From Aestuariivita sp. (GTDB lineage: Bacteria > Pseudomonadota > Alphaproteobacteria > Rhodobacterales > Rhodobacteraceae), in assembly GCA_026710055.1 (NCBI GenBank), contig JAPORV010000439.1, positions 1 to 61,903 on the forward strand: a stretch of 61,903 nucleotides of DNA. The letters run 5' to 3'. Every line of letters begins with the position of its first letter. Position 1 is the first letter of the stretch. The notes under the pieces were generated by a model, which searched no databases, was not told the DNA's origin, and saw nothing but the letters and a program-made list of their open reading frames with translations. The position numbers and the translations under genes were made by a program. Below, piece by piece: positions 52,317 through 61,107 of this stretch.

Positions 52317-54170
52317 ATGAGCGTGATGGCCAATCATAGCGACATGGCGCGGAAAGAGGCAGACGTGCAGATTTGTGACTTTAATGCGACGCGCATCAGC
52401 CCTGATCGTTCTCCGATTTCGTCAGCGATTCCCGTTCGGGCGCTTGTTCCGACGGACATGCGCGAGCCTGGAGAGGACGAGGCGACGGAACAGCGCTGGA
52501 GTGATAAGGCGAAAAAGTTTCTGGCGGCGCTCACCGGGCCGGAAGTGCCGACGGTGACGAAGGGAGGAGCTTTTGATATCGGCACTGAGATATTTCGGAA
52601 GTCATGTGCTGTCCTCGAAGATGGTTCAGTGTGCTTTGTCCGTGCTTATCATACTGCGGACATTGCTGCGGAGTTGGTGCAGTTGCGTAAAGATTATGTA
52701 CTACCAGACGAAACCATGCGCCGCGCCGTGTCACTTGCGGAAATGGCGGCATTTTATGGTCGATCAAGCGACGCTATGGTAACGCATCGTCCAACATCAG
52801 GGCAAATTCGACTTCAAAAGGCTTTGGCGGAAGCAGCCTCGCTGGGGGCCTCTGACATTAAGCTCGTTGAGCGAGCCACGCACGGATTATTGCGGATTAA
52901 AGTAGGGGCGGGTGAATTTACGCATGGATCGCAATGGCAAGTTGATGAAGTTAAGGAAGCGATTGCCTGGATTTACGGTCATCGTGACGGCGGTGACGGG
53001 AAAGCAACACTGATAAAAGGACAGCCCGCTCCTTTTTCGATTGGTCAGGCGCAAAAACTACCCGCCATGCCAAAGGGAATTGCGGCGATGCGTGGTCAAA
53101 TTGCCTGGCATGGTGATGTGCAGAATTTTCTCAATTTGCGACTGTTGCCAGAAGCGAACGCTGAGAATTATGCGGATATTGCGGGTTTAGGGTTAGAGGA
53201 CGATATTCTAGAGGCGTTAGCGATCGAGCGGCGATCAGAAGCGGGACTTGTCATTATTGGTGGGTCGACCGGTGACGGAAAATCGACGACGCTCGTGCGC
53301 AATCTTGAGTGTCTGTATGAGGAAAGAAGCGGGCAAGTCTCGCTGTATACGATTGAAGACCCAGTCGAGTATCCTGCGTCGGGTGACGGCGTGATTCAAT
53401 TTCCGGTAAAGGGAGGGAAAACGCCGCAGGAACGCCGCGCCAATTACAGTCAGATGCTGATGACATTTGTGCGCACGAACCCTGATATTGGGATGGTGTC
53501 GGAAATTCGGTCAGCGGATGACGTGAACGAAGTGCTCCATTTCGTGACATCGGGACACAAGATCTACACGACTGTTCATGCCAACTCGGCCAACGGTATT
53601 TTATTTCGGTTGATTTCGCTGGGTGTGTTGCCCACGGAATTGACGGGGCCTGATGTTGTGAATCTGGTCATGCGCCAGAAGCTCGTGCCTCTTTTATGTC
53701 CCGCGTGTTCAGAAGACTTGACGGGGCCTGCACTAGCGCGTGTGACAGAATGGTTGGAGCAAGACGCGATTTTTATGGATCGGGTTTCGCCGGCAACATG
53801 GCGCCCGAAGCGCCGTCATCGTGCGGGTTGTGATGTGTGTCTGCGGCCTTTTGCGCAGTTAGCGGGTGCGCCTGCTGAGACCGCACGCGCGGCGTGGGCA
53901 GGATATGCAGGACGGCGGGCCACCGCTGAGTTCATTCGCTTGGATGATATTTATCGTGGCTTTGTGGGCCAGCATGATCAACTCGGTGCTCACCAGCATT
54001 GGATCACGTCTGTTGCAAACGGGGGGATGGGAGGCATTCCCCTCATGGCGCGCATTCGCCGGCTTATAGCGCAAGGGGCGGCGGATTATGAACAAGCCAC
54101 AAACGAAACTCTTCCCGAGACCGTGCCAGTGTTAGCACGACCATCAAAGACATCAGAGGCGCCGGCATGA
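52317..54170 (+). CDS. pilQ: PilQ-type (GspE/PilB family) type IVb pilus assembly ATPase
   Basis: 617 aa with Walker A (IIGGSTGDGKSTTLVRNL), an Asp box/Walker B region (NPDIGMVSEIRSADD) and a His box (HKIYTTVHANSANGILFRL). A tetra-Cys cluster (CPAC...CDVC) is also present. Confidence 0.85.
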   Translation: MSVMANHSDMARKEADVQICDFNATRISPDRSPISSAIPVRALVPTDMREPGEDEATEQRWSDKAKKFLAALTGPEVPTVTKGGAFDIGTEIFRKSCAVLEDGSVCFVRAYHTADIAAELVQLRKDYVLPDETMRRAVSLAEMAAFYGRSSDAMVTHRPTSGQIRLQKALAEAASLGASDIKLVERATHGLLRIKVGAGEFTHGSQWQVDEVKEAIAWIYGHRDGGDGKATLIKGQPAPFSIGQAQKLPAMPKGIAAMRGQIAWHGDVQNFLNLRLLPEANAENYADIAGLGLEDDILEALAIERRSEAGLVIIGGSTGDGKSTTLVRNLECLYEERSGQVSLYTIEDPVEYPASGDGVIQFPVKGGKTPQERRANYSQMLMTFVRTNPDIGMVSEIRSADDVNEVLHFVTSGHKIYTTVHANSANGILFRLISLGVLPTELTGPDVVNLVMRQKLVPLLCPACSEDLTGPALARVTEWLEQDAIFMDRVSPATWRPKRRHRAGCDVCLRPFAQLAGAPAETARAAWAGYAGRRATAEFIRLDDIYRGFVGQHDQLGAHQHWITSVANGGMGGIPLMARIRRLIAQGAADYEQATNETLPETVPVLARPSKTSEAPA

Positions 54171-55327
54171 CGATCTTTCATAAGATGATCACGGTCTACA
54201 CACGATTGGATGCAATGGTGCAGGCCAAAACGAGTGGAACGGCGGCGGGTGGGGGTGCTCTGTCGGGCGAACCAGCCCGAGGGCTGGCACTTCTTCAGCG
54301 CAAGTTGACCTTTCTGGCCGCCACCCGTGCAGAAATCTGGCAACTTCTATCAGATGTTGTTGAAGCCGGTGTGTCGCTTGATGAAGCCATTGAAACGCTC
54401 ATGAATGGGTATTGTCGCAGTGGTCACCGCACTAAGGCGCTTGTGTTAGCGGAAATGCGGGTGGGTCTTTTGGATAATAACATTTCAGTGCGCTTAGCGC
54501 CCTATGTGTCCGCACCGGAGCGTTTGATTTTTGATGGCCTTGGCGAACAGGAAGCTCATGTTGTGTTTGGCTCTGCTGCGCGGTTGCTCAAGAACCGATT
54601 AGCGTTACGCAAAGCATTGAATGAAGCAATTGCCATGCCGATTTTGCTGACCGTTGGTCTCTTCGCGTTGATTTTGTTTTTCGGCTTGGAATTGCTTCCG
54701 GCGCTTTCGGAGATTGTTGACTTTTCGACGTTACCGACATTGCAGGCTATCACGGTTCAGTTCACGCTGGCGATCTCACGTTATCCGACAGCACTGGGTA
54801 TCGGTGTGATGGGCTTTATTGCTTTTTTGAGTGTGCTCATGCGCGTTTGGACAGGTCCGGGCCGTGTTACGGCAGATCGTTTTCCGCCTTTTTCGGTCAT
54901 GCGGCTTCAAGCGGGCACAGGGTTTTTATTTGCCATCATCGAATATGGCCGCAATGGCACTGCCGTGACGACAACACTGTTAGAACGTATGGCACAGGTA
55001 ACGGGTCGTTATGAGGCATCGCGCATTCGGGCGATGATTCCCTCACTGGAGAAAACGGGCAATTTGGGCACCGCGGCATTAGATGCTCATCAAGGGTTTC
55101 CGAATGATGATGTCGCCGTTGTTTTACAAGTGTTGTGGAATCGCGATGACGGCATTTCCCGTGCGGGTCTTTTTTTGGAGCGCCGTTTAGATCAGATCGA
55201 AAGCAATGTTCGGGCGCGAATGGCGGTTCTGAACGCGGTGTTGCTAACGCTGGTGACCACTGTTTTGGTGCTTTTGCTGTCCGTCATGATGCCAATTTTC
55301 GATCAACTCAATCAAGGGGCGTTATGA
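54167..55327 (+). CDS. pilR: PilR-type (GspF family) inner-membrane platform protein
   Basis: 386 aa with three long hydrophobic segments spaced as in GspF/PilC proteins. The start is ATGA-coupled to the ATPase gene. Confidence 0.7.
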   Translation: MTIFHKMITVYTRLDAMVQAKTSGTAAGGGALSGEPARGLALLQRKLTFLAATRAEIWQLLSDVVEAGVSLDEAIETLMNGYCRSGHRTKALVLAEMRVGLLDNNISVRLAPYVSAPERLIFDGLGEQEAHVVFGSAARLLKNRLALRKALNEAIAMPILLTVGLFALILFFGLELLPALSEIVDFSTLPTLQAITVQFTLAISRYPTALGIGVMGFIAFLSVLMRVWTGPGRVTADRFPPFSVMRLQAGTGFLFAIIEYGRNGTAVTTTLLERMAQVTGRYEASRIRAMIPSLEKTGNLGTAALDAHQGFPNDDVAVVLQVLWNRDDGISRAGLFLERRLDQIESNVRARMAVLNAVLLTLVTTVLVLLLSVMMPIFDQLNQGAL

Positions 55328-55392
55328 AGCACGAGAGTCACCCATTCACCGATTCGCTTGTTCACTTATCGTTTTATTAACAAAGGAAAGTT

Positions 55393-56106
55393 ATGATGAA
55401 TAGTTTTTTCTCATTTGGTCAGGGCAAATCTCACCGACTGATCACAGCTGGTGGAAATGCCGCCGTGTGTGGTGTGGTGGTGGCGTCTCCGGAAACTGAG
55501 ATCGCTGCTCAACATCCGCCTCACCGTCGTCTTCCACGCCGATCCCGACGAGGGGTTTCGCTCTTTGGTGTGATTTTAGGTGTGGCGATTGCCGCCCTCG
55601 TGACGCTGGGATTGGTATCGGCGTATCAAGGCGTTGTGACAAACACACGCGCTCAAGCGGTGTTGAACACGATGCTGATTATGGAATCGACGGTGCGCCG
55701 AACCTTTGCCAATCGCCCGACATTTGAAGCCGGTCCCGCGCTGCAAGGGGCGGCGATTTCGGCCGTCCCGACCAATTCCATTCAAGGAAGTGGAGCATCA
55801 CGGGTCATTGTGACCCCATGGGGCGGAAACATTCTTGTTGGGGCAGGAAACACACCGTCGGCCACCGCGCCATCAGGGTCCACTCCTGCCGCCAGCACCA
55901 ATCGATTTTATATCGTGGTGACCGGATTACCAGAAGCTGCATGTGAAACTGTCGCTTCTGCTTATCTGGATCGTGCGGATGTGATTGGTCTGGATACCGA
56001 CGGCACGTTTGCCGCGATCACTGCCGCTGTTGATGATGACTTCGCCGACATTAATAGTGATTGTGATAGCGACGATGAAACCGTTGGCATTGTGTTCCGG
56101 GGATAA
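55393..56106 (+). CDS. pilS: Type IVb prepilin (PilS-like major pilin) with long leader
   Basis: 237 aa. A basic leader ending in RRSRRG is followed by a hydrophobic helix (VSLFGVILGVAIAALVTLGLVSAYQG). A C-terminal Cys pair (AACETVAS...NSDCDSD) fits a pilin D-region disulfide. The position after pilR also fits. Confidence 0.6.
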   Translation: MMNSFFSFGQGKSHRLITAGGNAAVCGVVVASPETEIAAQHPPHRRLPRRSRRGVSLFGVILGVAIAALVTLGLVSAYQGVVTNTRAQAVLNTMLIMESTVRRTFANRPTFEAGPALQGAAISAVPTNSIQGSGASRVIVTPWGGNILVGAGNTPSATAPSGSTPAASTNRFYIVVTGLPEAACETVASAYLDRADVIGLDTDGTFAAITAAVDDDFADINSDCDSDDETVGIVFRG

Positions 56107-56112
56107 CGGCGT

Positions 56113-57348
56113 GTGACCAACGGCAATCATCATATTCAAGGAGTGGACGGTCACCACCTGCGGCCTGCCCGTCGGCGGGGACTTGTCGCGTTATCGGCGT
56201 GCGTGGGAATATTCAGTGTTCTCGCGGCGGCTTATGTGATGTGGCAGTTGGGTCAAGCAAACGAACGGCTCCGTGGATCAGCGCGTCATTTAGCCGATGT
56301 GGTGACAGCCGAAGGCTTTAGCGTTCATCATTGGTTGCACGATGAGATCAATCGCACCTCACCGATTATCACTGTTCCCGTTCTGAACACCGCTCGCGCA
56401 CTGACAGCGATTGAGCGCGGACGATTGGATACGCACTTTGCAACATCGCGGTGGCGGCGGTCATCTCTTGATATCAGCCGGGTGCTGTTACCGCGCGGAT
56501 GGTCACTTCATTATCTGATCACGACAATCGGACAACACACCAATGGCGATACGCTTTTGCCAGAGGGAATTTTAGTCGTTAGGCCGTCAAACGATATCGT
56601 TAACAGTTCGACATGGAGCGCGTTGAATGATGCTCTTAACGTTGTGCTGCCTGTTGCGAGTGATCAAGCATCAACTTTGACTGCGAGTGCGATTACATCT
56701 TTTGATGCCACACGGGACCGCGCGTTTTTTGTCTCACAATTTGCACGGATTAATACCGCCGCGGTATTACGGCAAGCGCATGTCGGTCATGCGCAGTTAG
56801 CGATGCAAACTGATTTGGTAATGGGAACGAATGATCTGTCAGACGTGGATGTGTTGGAAAGTTTAACCGGCACCGCCCCTAATATTACCGGGAATTGTCG
56901 TCCTGGTACGTCATCAAGTCCATTGTGTGTCACACTTCTCACGACGCAAGCGGATGTGGATGTGTCGGGGAGCACGACTGTAACGGCGTTAACGGCGACG
57001 GACATGACCGTGTCCGGAGACGTGACCAATATCTCGACATGGCGTGCTGACGATGTTGACATTGAGACAGCAACAACGTCAACGACTCAATTAACCGCCT
57101 GTGCCGATGCAGAAGTGGATATTTGCGGTGGGGGTGACGTGGATGTTGAGTCGGGGACTGGTGATCCTGATTGGACCACAGTGGCGATCTTTGGGGACAC
57201 AATCATTCGTGATGGCAATCAACTCAACGGCCTGACCACAACCAATATAGTGGAAAACGGTATTTTTGAGGTGATGACCGGCAATCAGTTGACCGTGAGC
57301 GGTTGCTTTCGCAGTGTCACTCCCTTTGTTTATGGAGCACGGTGCTAA
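56113..57348 (+). CDS. Pilin-like protein with repetitive Thr/Asp/Val-rich C-terminus (PilV-like minor pilin/adhesin candidate 1)
   Basis: The gene has a GTG start. The leader ends in RRRG and is followed by LVALSACVGIFSVLAAAYVMW. The C-terminus has repeats such as QADVDVSGSTTVTALTATDMTVSGDVTN. Confidence 0.4.
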   Translation: MTNGNHHIQGVDGHHLRPARRRGLVALSACVGIFSVLAAAYVMWQLGQANERLRGSARHLADVVTAEGFSVHHWLHDEINRTSPIITVPVLNTARALTAIERGRLDTHFATSRWRRSSLDISRVLLPRGWSLHYLITTIGQHTNGDTLLPEGILVVRPSNDIVNSSTWSALNDALNVVLPVASDQASTLTASAITSFDATRDRAFFVSQFARINTAAVLRQAHVGHAQLAMQTDLVMGTNDLSDVDVLESLTGTAPNITGNCRPGTSSSPLCVTLLTTQADVDVSGSTTVTALTATDMTVSGDVTNISTWRADDVDIETATTSTTQLTACADAEVDICGGGDVDVESGTGDPDWTTVAIFGDTIIRDGNQLNGLTTTNIVENGIFEVMTGNQLTVSGCFRSVTPFVYGARC

Positions 57349-58448
57349 TGCGGGGTAGTTATGCACGATACCGTTCATCCGCTTCATGCCGAGGTTTAGG
57401 ATTGCTTGATGCCATATTGGCCGCGGCAGTGCTGGGTGTGGTGACGTTGTGGGGAGCACAGGCGTTTGGAATATGGGCACAAAGTCGTGTAGTCACGGGG
57501 GAGGTTCGAACTGTGGCTGAACTTGCTCGTGCAGGGCGGCTCTTATTAGAAGGCGATGTGACTCATTCTGCCCGCACGCAAGCCGTGGCGTCGGCACCAT
57601 TGCCGGTGGCGCTGTCGGAATTGTCTGCTGCGAATTTACGTTCGCCCACGCTTGGCAACATCACCCCTGGCCGCCGTACGTTATCGCTATGGTTTTATCG
57701 TCCTACAACAGGGACGGTGTTAGTGATTGCACGGGCGCGTGGAGACATTCCTTTATCGCGGTTGCCAGGGGCGACAGATGGCGTGACTGGTGTTGGCATG
57801 TTGCGGACGGGGGACACATCCCTTCGGGGTCCAGGTATTGATTATGACATAGCCCCGTTGAATGCCCTGACGACTGGTTTTGCGACTGTCAACGATTTAT
57901 TTGCCGTTGATGATGTCGCGCTTGATGTGGCCTGTCAGACCTATCTTTTTCGTGTGGCTATTGATTGTGATGGAGATGGCGTAACGGATAGCATCGCCAA
58001 TACCATGACGGTTGATCTTGACATGGGCGGCCATGACATTGTGGGCGTTAATGATATCACGGTGGCGACCGCGACGATTGGCACGTTATCGGGAGCAACG
58101 GTCATCACAAACGATATGGACGTTTCGGGTGATCTGGAAGTGGGGGGACAGACTGATCTTCATGCCGTGACCGTCAGTGGTGCCATTTCGGCAGAGAGTG
58201 TGGATATTGATGGCGACTTGACTGTGGACAATCTCACCGCGACGGCGGACATTACGGGCGCGGATTTAACCTTTGACGGCACCATTACGGTTTCGGGTGA
58301 CGCTCGATTAGGCGATGCCGATGTCAATACGCTGAACGTTGAGACATTAAATGTTCGACAATTATCGTCAGATACTGCGCAAATCGCTCGCGGGTTTGTG
58401 ACGACTTTGACGGTGACAAGTTGTACCGGATGTAATCCAGCACCATGA
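57348..58448 (+). CDS. pilV: PilV-like minor pilin/tip adhesin candidate 2
   Basis: ATG 57348 overlaps the upstream stop (TAATG). The leader ends in CRG and is followed by LGLLDAILAAAVLGVVTLWG, which places an acidic residue at +5. The C-terminal LDMGGHDIVGVNDITVATATIGTLSG... and repeated D-L/V-T-V/G units resemble the PilV/tail-fibre-like region. Confidence 0.5.
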   Translation: MRGSYARYRSSASCRGLGLLDAILAAAVLGVVTLWGAQAFGIWAQSRVVTGEVRTVAELARAGRLLLEGDVTHSARTQAVASAPLPVALSELSAANLRSPTLGNITPGRRTLSLWFYRPTTGTVLVIARARGDIPLSRLPGATDGVTGVGMLRTGDTSLRGPGIDYDIAPLNALTTGFATVNDLFAVDDVALDVACQTYLFRVAIDCDGDGVTDSIANTMTVDLDMGGHDIVGVNDITVATATIGTLSGATVITNDMDVSGDLEVGGQTDLHAVTVSGAISAESVDIDGDLTVDNLTATADITGADLTFDGTITVSGDARLGDADVNTLNVETLNVRQLSSDTAQIARGFVTTLTVTSCTGCNPAP

Positions 58449-58855
58449 GAACACTGCTTTATATCACTCGTGTCATGGTCGCCTGTTGCCTGACAATCGT
58501 TTCGGGAATGGCATTCTCTCAGGACGAATCGCCCGAGCTTGGCAGCGCGAGCACGGTCAGTGCGGAGACGGCACCACTCGAAACGGTTGCCGTGACAGAG
58601 AGTGGTATTCTATTACGTACGGCTCTTTCGGAGGAGATTGATCGCTTAACGAGCGACATTGAGGATATGCGCCGCCTGATGCGGTGGCAGGAGGACCTTA
58701 TGCGTGCCGCACGTGTGGATCGGGCTGAAGCGCTCCGACAGCGGCGCCCCCACAGTGAGTGTTTAGAGAGTGTTCTTGCACCGATCTGTGATGATTTATC
58801 CGGGCTGTTTTTGCCGCCCGATACGACACCCATTGAGAACGAAAACAAAGAATGA
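58445..58855 (+). CDS. Small exported coiled-coil protein, unknown
   Basis: 136 aa with a signal peptide (VMVACCLTIVSGMAFS/QDE). The start is ATGA-coupled to the upstream gene. Confidence 0.5.
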   Translation: MRTLLYITRVMVACCLTIVSGMAFSQDESPELGSASTVSAETAPLETVAVTESGILLRTALSEEIDRLTSDIEDMRRLMRWQEDLMRAARVDRAEALRQRRPHSECLESVLAPICDDLSGLFLPPDTTPIENENKE

Positions 58856-58885
58856 CTTTTGCATGGACAGCCGAAAGGATGGGTT

Positions 58886-59383
58886 ATGGACAGCCAGCAA
58901 GCACATCTATCTGACGATATTCGACATGCACTCAATCACCCCACACGCATGGCGGAGATTGTCACGCGGATTGCGCATAATCTCAACCCGCTTGACTTGG
59001 AGTTTATCCGCAATCTTCTTGTTTTGCTGGAGACCGCGGCGCGGCTTGCACGTAATGCCCATGGCGATGCGCCGGGCACCAGTGCGCGTATCTTACATGA
59101 TGTTATGCATGAGATTCGCTGGAGAGTGGGTCATTATTACCGATGTCGACCGAAAGAAGGCGTGTCGGGGTTAGGTCGCGGCGTTTTGAATGAGTGGGTT
59201 CGTCATTATGCCTGGATGGATGAAGAAGCGTTCATGGAGCATATCGTGGCGAGTCCGGATCTGATCTTCAAGAAAGACCTCCATTCGCTCGCTTTAGAGC
59301 GCGAATTTAGTGCAGCGGCGATGCAAATGACCGACGATTTGGAAAGCAATAACGCTGACGCCACCATTGGGAGAGCGGATTGA
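58886..59383 (+). CDS. Hypothetical protein
   Basis: ORF 58859..59383 (TTG), with the first ATG at 58886. No motif was recognised. The stop overlaps the next start. Confidence 0.4.
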   Translation: MDSQQAHLSDDIRHALNHPTRMAEIVTRIAHNLNPLDLEFIRNLLVLLETAARLARNAHGDAPGTSARILHDVMHEIRWRVGHYYRCRPKEGVSGLGRGVLNEWVRHYAWMDEEAFMEHIVASPDLIFKKDLHSLALEREFSAAAMQMTDDLESNNADATIGRAD

Positions 59384-59664
59384 TGTTTGAGATAGAATGG
59401 TCTTATCGATCACTGTGGAGTGCGGTGCTTCACCGCATGATTCTTGACTTATGTGATGGTGAGGATCGGCGTTCACCGGAAGGTCTGCACCGTGTGCAAG
59501 CAGAGCAATGGGTTGGTGCCTTTCCTACACGAGACTTTGCGTATGTGTGTGACATGTTGAACATGAACCCAGCGTATGTTCATGCCAAACTTCGCATGTT
59601 GATTCGGCTCCCTGTTGCCGACCGGTTTCGGACAATGAATATCCGCAGGTGCCCGAATGATTAA
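59380..59664 (+). CDS. Hypothetical protein
   Basis: 94-aa ORF whose ends overlap both neighbouring genes. No motif was recognised. Confidence 0.4.
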   Translation: MMFEIEWSYRSLWSAVLHRMILDLCDGEDRRSPEGLHRVQAEQWVGAFPTRDFAYVCDMLNMNPAYVHAKLRMLIRLPVADRFRTMNIRRCPND

Positions 59665-60361
59665 TATGTCGGCCTCTCCGTTCATGCTGACCATGGGTGT
59701 CAATTTAGGTCTTATCCTCTTCATGATGATCGGCGTAATCGTCATTTTGTGGTGTAGCGTGTTGCTCCTTCACCGGGATATCACCCGCTTTGAAATACAC
59801 ATTGAGTCACTTGCCATCGCGGGCATAACGATGCTGGTGTTAACCTTGGTGTTGAGCGGCTTGCGTGAATTGATGGCATCTCTGGCGATTGCCTTGACGT
59901 TAGGTTTAACCACGGAGGCGATACGGCGTTTAAAACCGAGTCGTATGGGTGCAGGTGATCCGTGGGGCTTTGCCGCCCTTGGGTGTGCGGGGAGCGCTGC
60001 GCATATTATTCCTGTCGTGATGCTAACGGGAGTAGTGAGTATTATGACCGCTGCTGCTTACAGCGTGGCAAGGGGCAAGCGGTGTTTACACTCAATGTTT
60101 CCTGCCGCTATCGCCCTCGTGCCGGCGATGTTGATGGGCGTTCTGCTTCAGCTGTTGGATGCGGTTGGCGTCACAATCCTTTTGTCAGATATCTGGCATC
60201 TATCGTTATCATTTGAGTTATCGATCACGCTTCTTGTGATCGGTGGTGTTGTGACGGTTGGCTATTGGATCAGTCACCGTATTGTGGGGGAATTAGTCCC
60301 CCGTCACTCTCAATCAAAGGAGAATATCAATGTCTCATTATCATGTACTGATTCCGATTAA
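59657..60361 (+). CDS. pilU: A24-family prepilin peptidase (PilU/TadV-like, no methyltransferase domain)
   Basis: 234 aa and polytopic. The two candidate catalytic Asp regions are HRDITRFEI and RMGAGDPWGFAALG (GxGD-type). It is the last gene of the pil cluster. Confidence 0.6.
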   Translation: MINMSASPFMLTMGVNLGLILFMMIGVIVILWCSVLLLHRDITRFEIHIESLAIAGITMLVLTLVLSGLRELMASLAIALTLGLTTEAIRRLKPSRMGAGDPWGFAALGCAGSAAHIIPVVMLTGVVSIMTAAAYSVARGKRCLHSMFPAAIALVPAMLMGVLLQLLDAVGVTILLSDIWHLSLSFELSITLLVIGGVVTVGYWISHRIVGELVPRHSQSKENINVSLSCTDSD

Positions 60362-60524
60362 GGACAAAGATGAGTCGACGCGCTATCGACAGGTCGGCTT
60401 AATGTTTGAAAATAAGAATAAAGCCGGTGAGACTTATTTTCGTGTGAAGTTAGATTTTCCAATTGGGGTGAATGAATTTCTATGTTTCGCGCCACGCACT
60501 GACCAGCATGACCGCAACAAGTGA
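60330..60524 (+). CDS. Small protein, weakly DUF736-like
   Basis: 64 aa. GETYFRVKLDFPIGVNEFLCF resembles the YLSVKLDDPSFP-type core of DUF736 proteins, which are common on alphaproteobacterial conjugative elements. The call is weak. Confidence 0.3.
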   Translation: MSHYHVLIPIKDKDESTRYRQVGLMFENKNKAGETYFRVKLDFPIGVNEFLCFAPRTDQHDRNK

Positions 60525-60547
60525 GCATACCTGAAGGAGATTATCCG

Positions 60548-61072
60548 ATGACATCCCATGTCCACATTGATGGTGCAAGCCGTACGATCTGCCGCAGAGT
60601 GATGACACTGTGCGTGATGATAATCCTCATGCCAGAGGTGATGCACGGAGCCAATGCGCAAACTATGACGGGCACCGCGCGCATTATTGATGGCGATACA
60701 CTTGAATTGCAAGGTCAGCGGGTGCGGCTTCATGGTATTGATGCACCGGAAAATAAGCAACGGTGCCGTGATGCAAACGGGGCGACCTACGCATGCGGTC
60801 GCGTCGCCACCACCCGTCTCAAAAACTGGACACATAACCGATCGCTCACTTGCACATCACGAACACAGGATCGGTATGGTCGCCTGATCGCCGTTTGCAA
60901 GGTTGGTGGCACTGATCTTAACGCACGACTGGTACGTGAGGGTTTCGCTCTCGCCTATCGCCAGTACAGTCGTGATTATAGTGCTGATGAAGATCACGCC
61001 CGTGCCAACCGTCGTGGACTTTGGGCGGGGACATTTGTCCCGCCGTGGGATTGGCGGAGAGGGCAACGCTGA
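60548..61072 (+). CDS. Secreted thermonuclease (SNase) family nuclease
   Basis: ORF 60521..61072. ATG 60548 is preceded by gaaggaga. A signal peptide is present. The motifs are IIDGDTLELQGQRVRLHGIDAPE, DRYGRLIAVC and NARLVREGFALAY...RGLWAG. Confidence 0.85.
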   Translation: MTSHVHIDGASRTICRRVMTLCVMIILMPEVMHGANAQTMTGTARIIDGDTLELQGQRVRLHGIDAPENKQRCRDANGATYACGRVATTRLKNWTHNRSLTCTSRTQDRYGRLIAVCKVGGTDLNARLVREGFALAYRQYSRDYSADEDHARANRRGLWAGTFVPPWDWRRGQR

Positions 61073-61107
61073 TGGTGATCCCGATGCATCATATCCCGAT
61101 TGAGCAC

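Noticed and set aside
56113-58900. A shufflon (multiple-inversion system) at the 3' end of the PilV-like genes, as in R64.
   Set aside because: I saw no set of short inverted sfx-like repeats, no alternative C-terminal segments in opposite orientation downstream, and no adjacent Rci-type tyrosine recombinase. The only recombinase in the window is a serine recombinase about 37 kb away.
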